In this document: positions 58,880 through 64,000 of the stretch, piece by piece
How the letters are laid out: the number at the start of each line of letters is the position of its first letter
Position numbering within the stretch: the first letter of the stretch is position 1
Assembly: GCA_021324155.1 (NCBI GenBank)
Contig: JAJPJQ010000014.1
Coordinates: 1,166 to 65,165, forward strand
Length of the DNA: 64,000 bases
DNA from: Pseudomonadota bacterium
GTDB lineage: Bacteria > Desulfobacterota > Binatia > UBA9968
Direction: 5' to 3'
Position numbers and translations under genes: made by a program
The notes under the pieces: model-generated
What the model was told of the DNA's origin: nothing
The model's database searches: none
Seen by the model: the letters and a program-made list of their open reading frames with translations, nothing else

Positions 58880-59536
58880 ATGGATAAAGAATTTGTCATC
58901 GCGATCGTCGGCGGCACCGGCAGCATGGGCACGGCGCTGGCGCTGCGGCTGGCGGCGCCCGGCGTCCGCGTCATTATCGGCTCGCGCGAGCGCGAAAAGG
59001 CGAAGAGCGTCGTCGATTCGCTCAAGGATAAGATTTCCGGCGGGCGGCTCGAAGGCGACACCAACCAGGACGCGGTGAAGGACGCCGAGTTCGTCGTGAT
59101 TGCCGTTCCCTACGAGGGCCACGCGAAGATCATCGCCGATCTTAAAGGGCAGCTCGCCGGCAAGACGTTGATCGACGCCGTTGTGCCGCTGCAAAAAGGC
59201 AGGCCGTTCGTGCCGCCCGCGGGTTCCGCGCTGCTCGAAGCGCAGACGATCCTCGCCGGCGAGGCGCCGGTGATCGGCGCGATGCACAACATTTCCGCGC
59301 TCGACCTCCAGGATACGAAGGCGCCGCTCGGCGACGTGCTTGTCTGCGGCGACGGCGCGGAGGCGAAAGACAAGGTGATGGAGATCATCCGCCGCATCGG
59401 CGCGACCCCGTACGACGCCGGCCCGGCGGGAAACGCCTATGTCGTCGAAGGAATCACCGGCGTGCTGATTGCTTTGAACCGGAAATACAAATCGAAGCAC
59501 GCGAGCGTGAAAATTACCGGAATAGATCAACACTAA
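58880..59536 (+). CDS. npdG: NADPH-dependent F420 reductase
   Basis: GGTGSMG, IGSR, AVPY, HNISA and VEGITGVLI. It lies in the cof operon. Confidence 0.92.
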   Translation: MDKEFVIAIVGGTGSMGTALALRLAAPGVRVIIGSREREKAKSVVDSLKDKISGGRLEGDTNQDAVKDAEFVVIAVPYEGHAKIIADLKGQLAGKTLIDAVVPLQKGRPFVPPAGSALLEAQTILAGEAPVIGAMHNISALDLQDTKAPLGDVLVCGDGAEAKDKVMEIIRRIGATPYDAGPAGNAYVVEGITGVLIALNRKYKSKHASVKITGIDQH

Positions 59537-59537
59537 A

Positions 59538-60545
59538 ATGAATCTGCCGGCGATCGCCACGACCACAGTCGGGAGTTTCCCACGGCCGAACTGGCTCGCC
59601 GAGCGCGAGCGCAGCGAGGTGACGTTCCGCCTCGAAGGCGAGCTTTTGCGCGAAGCGCAGGACGACGCCACGATCGTCATTCTGCACGAGCAGGAGCGCG
59701 CCGGCCTCGATCTCCTGACAGACGGCGAGCAGCGCCGGCCGCAGTTCATCAACCACGTGCTGGGCACTTTCGACGGCATCGATCTCGTCCATCGGCGCGA
59801 CCGGGCGATCCGCCGGCGCACGGACGTCGAGCGGCCGGTGCCGCGCGTCATCGGACCGATCCGCCGACGCGAGGTCGCGGTCGTCGGCGATCTTCTTTTC
59901 GCCAGGGGACATACGTCCATGCCCATCAAAATGGCGGTGCCGGGGCCGATGACGGTCGTCGACAGCACCTTCGACGAATACTATCACGACGAGGAGAGGC
60001 TCGCGCTCGACGTCGCTGGGGCGATCAACGACGAGCTGCTCGCGCTGGAGGCGGCCGGCTGCGAGCTCGCTCAGATCGACGAGCCGGCGATGACGCGCTG
60101 GCACGAAAAGGTTGCGGCATACGGCCTGAAGGCACTCGACCGCTGTCTCGAAGGCATCGCGATGCCGACGATCGTGCATCTCTGCTACGGCTATCCCGGC
60201 AGCGGCAAGCGCCAGCACGAATACGAGTATCCCGAGCTGCTCGAATTGCTGATGAAGAGCCGCATTGGCGGCTTCTCGCTCGAATTCGCGCGCAGTGGCT
60301 TCGACCCGGCGGTGCTCGCGATCCTCCAGGACCGCACGATCATTTTCGGCTGTGTCGATCCGGGTGATACGCCTCCCGAGCCGCTAGAGAAAGTCGTCGC
60401 GCTGGCGCGCCGCGCGCTTGACTACGTCGAGCCCGAGCGGCTTCTGTTGGCGCCCGACTGCGGCCTGATGACGATTGACCGCGATCTCGCGCTCGCCAAG
60501 TGCCGCCTCCTGGCCGACGCCGCGCGCGAGCTGCGAAAGGGATGA
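59538..60545 (+). CDS. Cobalamin-independent methionine synthase catalytic-domain-only (core MetE/Mes-like) protein
   Basis: TVGSFPRP, TDGEQRR, QIDEP, and Zn ligands HLC, E and PDCG. At 335 aa it has no N-terminal folate-binding half. Confidence 0.88.
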   Translation: MNLPAIATTTVGSFPRPNWLAERERSEVTFRLEGELLREAQDDATIVILHEQERAGLDLLTDGEQRRPQFINHVLGTFDGIDLVHRRDRAIRRRTDVERPVPRVIGPIRRREVAVVGDLLFARGHTSMPIKMAVPGPMTVVDSTFDEYYHDEERLALDVAGAINDELLALEAAGCELAQIDEPAMTRWHEKVAAYGLKALDRCLEGIAMPTIVHLCYGYPGSGKRQHEYEYPELLELLMKSRIGGFSLEFARSGFDPAVLAILQDRTIIFGCVDPGDTPPEPLEKVVALARRALDYVEPERLLLAPDCGLMTIDRDLALAKCRLLADAARELRKG

Positions 60546-60563
60546 CGAGCGTCCGGTTCACCG

Positions 60564-61085
60564 ATGACGCGCACGCTCTACACCATCGGACACTCCACGC
60601 GCGCGCTCTACGACTTCGAGGAGTTGCTGGAAGACTTCGGTGTCGCGCTGTTGATCGATATTCGAACGGTGCCGCGCTCGCGCCACGTGCCGCACTTTAA
60701 CTCCGGAAAGCTTGCGCGCGCGCTCGCGCGCAAAAAAATTGACTATCGCCATTTGAAGCTGCTCGGCGGGCTCCGCAAGCCGTCCAAGGAATCGATCAAT
60801 CTCGCCTGGCGGAACTTGAGCTTCCGCGGCTACGCCGACTACATGCAGTCGGAAGACTTTCAAGCGGGGCTCGCGGAGCTAGAGAGCGCGGCGGCGAAGA
60901 AAAAGACGGCGATCATGTGCGCCGAGGCGGTGCCGTGGCGCTGCCACCGCTCGCTCGTGGCCGATGCGCTCACGGTTCGCGGCTGGCAGGTGCGCCATAT
61001 TCTGTCGAAGACGAGCCAGCAGATTCACCAACTGACGCCGTTCGCGGCGGTTGAAGGCGAGCGCGTCACGTACCCGCAACGTTGA
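60564..61085 (+). CDS. DUF488 family protein
   Basis: YTIGHS, DIRTVPRS, LGGLR and MCAEAVPWRCHR. Confidence 0.9.
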   Translation: MTRTLYTIGHSTRALYDFEELLEDFGVALLIDIRTVPRSRHVPHFNSGKLARALARKKIDYRHLKLLGGLRKPSKESINLAWRNLSFRGYADYMQSEDFQAGLAELESAAAKKKTAIMCAEAVPWRCHRSLVADALTVRGWQVRHILSKTSQQIHQLTPFAAVEGERVTYPQR

Positions 61086-61132
61086 AATTTTCCGGCAAAT
61101 GGCTTAGACGAAAGAGCATAGGAGACGCACAA

Positions 61133-62329
61133 ATGGACCACGGACCGACGACGGAAAAATTTCAGGCGCCGACGGACGAGAAGACCAAGGCGGGCTACGG
61201 CAAGTTTCTCCGCCCGAAGTCGGCTTACGATCTGTTCATGGAATCGGAAGGCATTCCGATCTACCGCGAGATCGGCGTGCGCCGCGTGCAGGACCTGCCG
61301 CGGCTCCCGTGGAAGCGCTTGGGAGGCAAGGGCACCTACATCCAACTCCTCGGCACCGAGGGACTTTGGGGCTGCTACGTCGTCGAAGTCCCCGGCCGCG
61401 GCGCGCTCAATCCGGAGAGGCACCTTTACGAGAAGATTTTCCTCGTCGTCGAAGGGCGCGGCACGACCGAGGTTTGGAGCGAGGGCAACGGCAAGAAGCT
61501 GACATTCGAATGGCAGCGAGGCTCGCTTTTCTCAATCCCGCTCAACGCCTCGCACCGCATCGTCAACGCGACGTCGAGCCCCGCGCTTTTGCTTGCGGGG
61601 ACAACGGCGCCGAACATGATCAATATGGTGTCGAACCTCGATTTTATCTTCAACTGCCCGTATACGTTCACCGATCGCTTCGACGCGTCTGAGGATTATT
61701 ACAAGTACAAAGAAGATGTTTCGCCGGACCCGGTGCGCGGGCTCGCGATGCGGCAGACCAACATCATACCCGACATCATCGGGTGCGAGCTGCCGCTCGA
61801 CAATCGGCGCTCGCCGGGCTACCGGCGCATCGAGCCGCACATGACGGGAAACAACTTTTATCTCTGGATCGGCGAGCACCAGAACGGCCGCTATTCCAAG
61901 GCGCACGCGCACGGATCGGCCGCCGTGCTTGTCTGCCTGACGGGCAAGGGCTACACATACACGTGGCCGGCGCATCTCGGCCAAAAGCCGTGGGAGAACG
62001 GCAAGGGCGACCAAGTGAAGCGACAGGACTATGAGCCCGTCGGGCTTGTGAGCGCCGCGCCGATGGGCGGCAACTGGTTTCACGCGCACTTCGGCACGAG
62101 CAAAGAGCCGCTGCGCCTGTCGGCGTGGTTCGGGCCGAACGCGCCGGGCCGAGAGCGCGGCCGCCCCGGCGAGCAGCACATCGACTATGGCGCGATCGAC
62201 ATTAAGGACGGTGGCACCGCCATCCCGTATTACGACGAAGATCCGTACCTGCGCAAAGAATACGTCGAGACGCTGGAGAAAGAGGGCGTCAAGTCGCGCA
62301 TGGAAGATTCCCTGTACCAAAAGCCGTAA
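61133..62329 (+). CDS. Bicupin protein (gentisate-dioxygenase-like fold)
   Basis: RHLYE...GRG...IPLNASH and KAHAH...GKGY...WFHAHF, with a GGAG RBS. Confidence 0.8.
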   Translation: MDHGPTTEKFQAPTDEKTKAGYGKFLRPKSAYDLFMESEGIPIYREIGVRRVQDLPRLPWKRLGGKGTYIQLLGTEGLWGCYVVEVPGRGALNPERHLYEKIFLVVEGRGTTEVWSEGNGKKLTFEWQRGSLFSIPLNASHRIVNATSSPALLLAGTTAPNMINMVSNLDFIFNCPYTFTDRFDASEDYYKYKEDVSPDPVRGLAMRQTNIIPDIIGCELPLDNRRSPGYRRIEPHMTGNNFYLWIGEHQNGRYSKAHAHGSAAVLVCLTGKGYTYTWPAHLGQKPWENGKGDQVKRQDYEPVGLVSAAPMGGNWFHAHFGTSKEPLRLSAWFGPNAPGRERGRPGEQHIDYGAIDIKDGGTAIPYYDEDPYLRKEYVETLEKEGVKSRMEDSLYQKP

Positions 62330-62355
62330 CCTTCGTTGTAAAGTTTTCGGTTATT

Positions 62356-62391
62356 AACATAGGGGCAGGCGATCACCTGCCCCTATGTTTT
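62356..62391 (+). terminator. Perfect 14-bp hairpin between the cupin and eutA-like genes
   Basis: AACATAGGGGCAGG-CGATCA-CCTGCCCCTATGTT followed by Ts. Confidence 0.7.
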
Positions 62392-62402
62392 CTTAGGTGA
62401 TA

Positions 62403-63872
62403 ATGCAGAGCTTCACGAACGCCAGCCGCCACATCGTCGAAGAGGACGACATCAAGCTCACGAGCGTGGGCGTCGATATCGGCTCGTCCACTTCGCACCT
62501 CGTCTTCTCGCGGCTGGAGATGCGCCAGCAGGGGACGCGCTACGTCGTCACCAAGCGCGAGATCTTGAGCGAATCGGAGATCCTCCTGACGCCCTATCGC
62601 GACGACCTGACGATCGACGTCGACGCGCTGGGAAAATTCATCGAGCGGCAGTACGACCGCGCCGGTCTCAAGCGCGCGGATATCGATACCGGCGCGCTGA
62701 TTCTCACCGGCGTCGCCGTGCGGCGGCGCAACGCGCGCGCGATCGCAGAATTGTTCGCCGCCGAGGCGGGCCGCTTCGTCGCCGTCAGCGCCGGCGACAG
62801 CCTGGAGAGCACGATGGCGGCGCACGGCTCCGGCGCCGCCGCGGAATCGGGCCGCACGCATAAGGTCTGCATGAACGTCGATATCGGCGGCGGCACGAGC
62901 AAGATCGCGATCTGCGTCGACGGCCGCGTGCGCGAGGTGACAGCGCTCGATGTCGGAGCACGGCTCGTCGTCCTCGACGGCAGCGGCGTCGTCACACGCC
63001 TCGAAGAGGCGGGGAAATTCTATGCGCAGGCGGTCGGGCTCGATCTCGCGGTCGGCAAAAAAGTCGACCCCGCGAAGCTGCCGGCGCTTGTCTCGCTCAT
63101 GGCCGACCGGCTTTTCGAGGTCATCGAGCTGAAGCAGACCGCCGAGGAGCAGCGCAAATTATTTCGCCTGCCGCCGCTTTCCTACCGCGGCAAGGTCGAC
63201 GAGCTGACGTTCTCAGGCGGCGTCTCGGAATTCATTTACGGCGGGAACGCCGGCGAATTCGGCGACATGGGGGCGCTGCTTGCGCGCGAGGTGAAGGAGC
63301 GCGCAGCGCGCCTCGGCATCGCTATTCGCGAACCGGCGGCGAAGATCCGCGCGACTGTCATCGGCGCGTCGCAGTATACTATTCAAGTCAGCGGCAGCAC
63401 GATCTTCATTGACCCGCTCGACGCGGTGCCCATGCGTAACATTCCCGTAGTCGCTCCGGAATTTCCTTTGAACGGCGACGACATCGATCCGTCGGCCATC
63501 GAGAGCGCGATCGCGCGCGCCCTTCAACGCCTGGATCTTTCCGACGGCAAGCGTGCGGTCGCGGTCGGCTATCATTGGGACGGCTCGGCGACCTTCGCGC
63601 GGCTGGAGGCGTTCTGCTCGGGCGTCGAGCGCGGCTTGAAAGCAGCGCTCGATCGCGGTTTTCCGCTGATTCTCGTCAACGACGGGGACGTGGGCGGCAC
63701 CTTCGGCCTGCATCTCAAGGAGGAGAGGAAGGTCGGCTATCCCGTCGTATCGATCGACGGCATCGCGCTCAGCGAGTTCGACTACGTCGACATCGGTGCG
63801 CTGATCCCCTCGTCCGGCGCCGTGCCGGTCGTCATCAAGTCGCTGGTTTTTCCGGCGACGCCTACGAACTAA
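62403..63872 (+). CDS. eutA: EutA-like actin-fold ATPase (ethanolamine ammonia-lyase reactivase family)
   Basis: SVGVDIGSSTS, FVAVSAGDSLE, NVDIGGGTS, FSGGVS, RATVIGAS and VPVVIKSLVF. Confidence 0.88.
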   Translation: MQSFTNASRHIVEEDDIKLTSVGVDIGSSTSHLVFSRLEMRQQGTRYVVTKREILSESEILLTPYRDDLTIDVDALGKFIERQYDRAGLKRADIDTGALILTGVAVRRRNARAIAELFAAEAGRFVAVSAGDSLESTMAAHGSGAAAESGRTHKVCMNVDIGGGTSKIAICVDGRVREVTALDVGARLVVLDGSGVVTRLEEAGKFYAQAVGLDLAVGKKVDPAKLPALVSLMADRLFEVIELKQTAEEQRKLFRLPPLSYRGKVDELTFSGGVSEFIYGGNAGEFGDMGALLAREVKERAARLGIAIREPAAKIRATVIGASQYTIQVSGSTIFIDPLDAVPMRNIPVVAPEFPLNGDDIDPSAIESAIARALQRLDLSDGKRAVAVGYHWDGSATFARLEAFCSGVERGLKAALDRGFPLILVNDGDVGGTFGLHLKEERKVGYPVVSIDGIALSEFDYVDIGALIPSSGAVPVVIKSLVFPATPTN

Positions 63873-63878
63873 AATTTG

Positions 63879-63998
63879 TTACCTGCCGAACTGAGATCCC
63901 AGTCGCGCCAGCGCGAGCCCGCCTAGCAATAATCCCAAATCCCGTAGCGCGATATCGTAAAAGTTGTGCAGCAACATCAGGTTGACGATAATCCCCAG
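63879..63998 (-). CDS. 3' end of a DoxX-like membrane protein (runs off the window)
   Basis: The minus strand reads LGIIVNLMLLHNFYDIALRDLGLLLGGLALARLGSQFGR*. Confidence 0.65.
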   Translation of the reverse strand: MGIIVNLMLLHNFYDIALRDLGLLLGGLALARLGSQFGR

Positions 63999-64000
63999 TA

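Noticed and set aside
62356-62389. TAGGGGCAGG palindrome as a REP element or MITE
   Set aside because: It is single-copy in the window with no RAYT or transposase, so I treated it as a terminator-like hairpin.

Overview
A gene-dense, high-GC bacterial chromosomal window from a diderm. The gene content suggests a Deltaproteobacteria-like or Binatota-type organism, but that is inference only. I found no rRNA, tRNA, CRISPR array or transposase. From left to right it holds: (1) a GH-A/GT2 fusion, an ABC exporter and a GT-B glycosylation module; (2) a sigma54/NtrC-type nitrogen cluster (glnK-amtB, PP2C and Ser/Thr kinase, ANTAR regulator, two ANTAR-type RNA leaders, a nirA fragment joined to a nitrite-transporter tail, and a porin); (3) housekeeping and catabolic genes (ribBX, panE, a diheme cytochrome c with a contracted CXCH motif, amidohydrolases with orphan solute-binding proteins, queC, HD-GYP/REC/GGDEF); (4) a ~13 kb bidirectional metal-acquisition island centred on nikR; (5) a pseudo-patatin, a CNNM/hemolysin-family protein, recD2 and an amidohydrolase/NTT-transporter operon; (6) an F420 operon (cofG-D-C-E-npdG) followed by a core MetE-like gene, and a bicupin plus EutA-like pair. 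The best candidate for an undescribed system is the metal island. It has two NikR-type operators and two probably leaderless, His/Cys-rich exported leader ORFs that end in the RAPP ribosome-arrest motif. One leader sits before a copper-delivery operon (DUF4198-copC-copD fusion-ctaG fusion-sco-VKOR-His/Met protein). The other sits before a porin and a metal ABC importer whose permease is fused to a lipoprotein-like domain.
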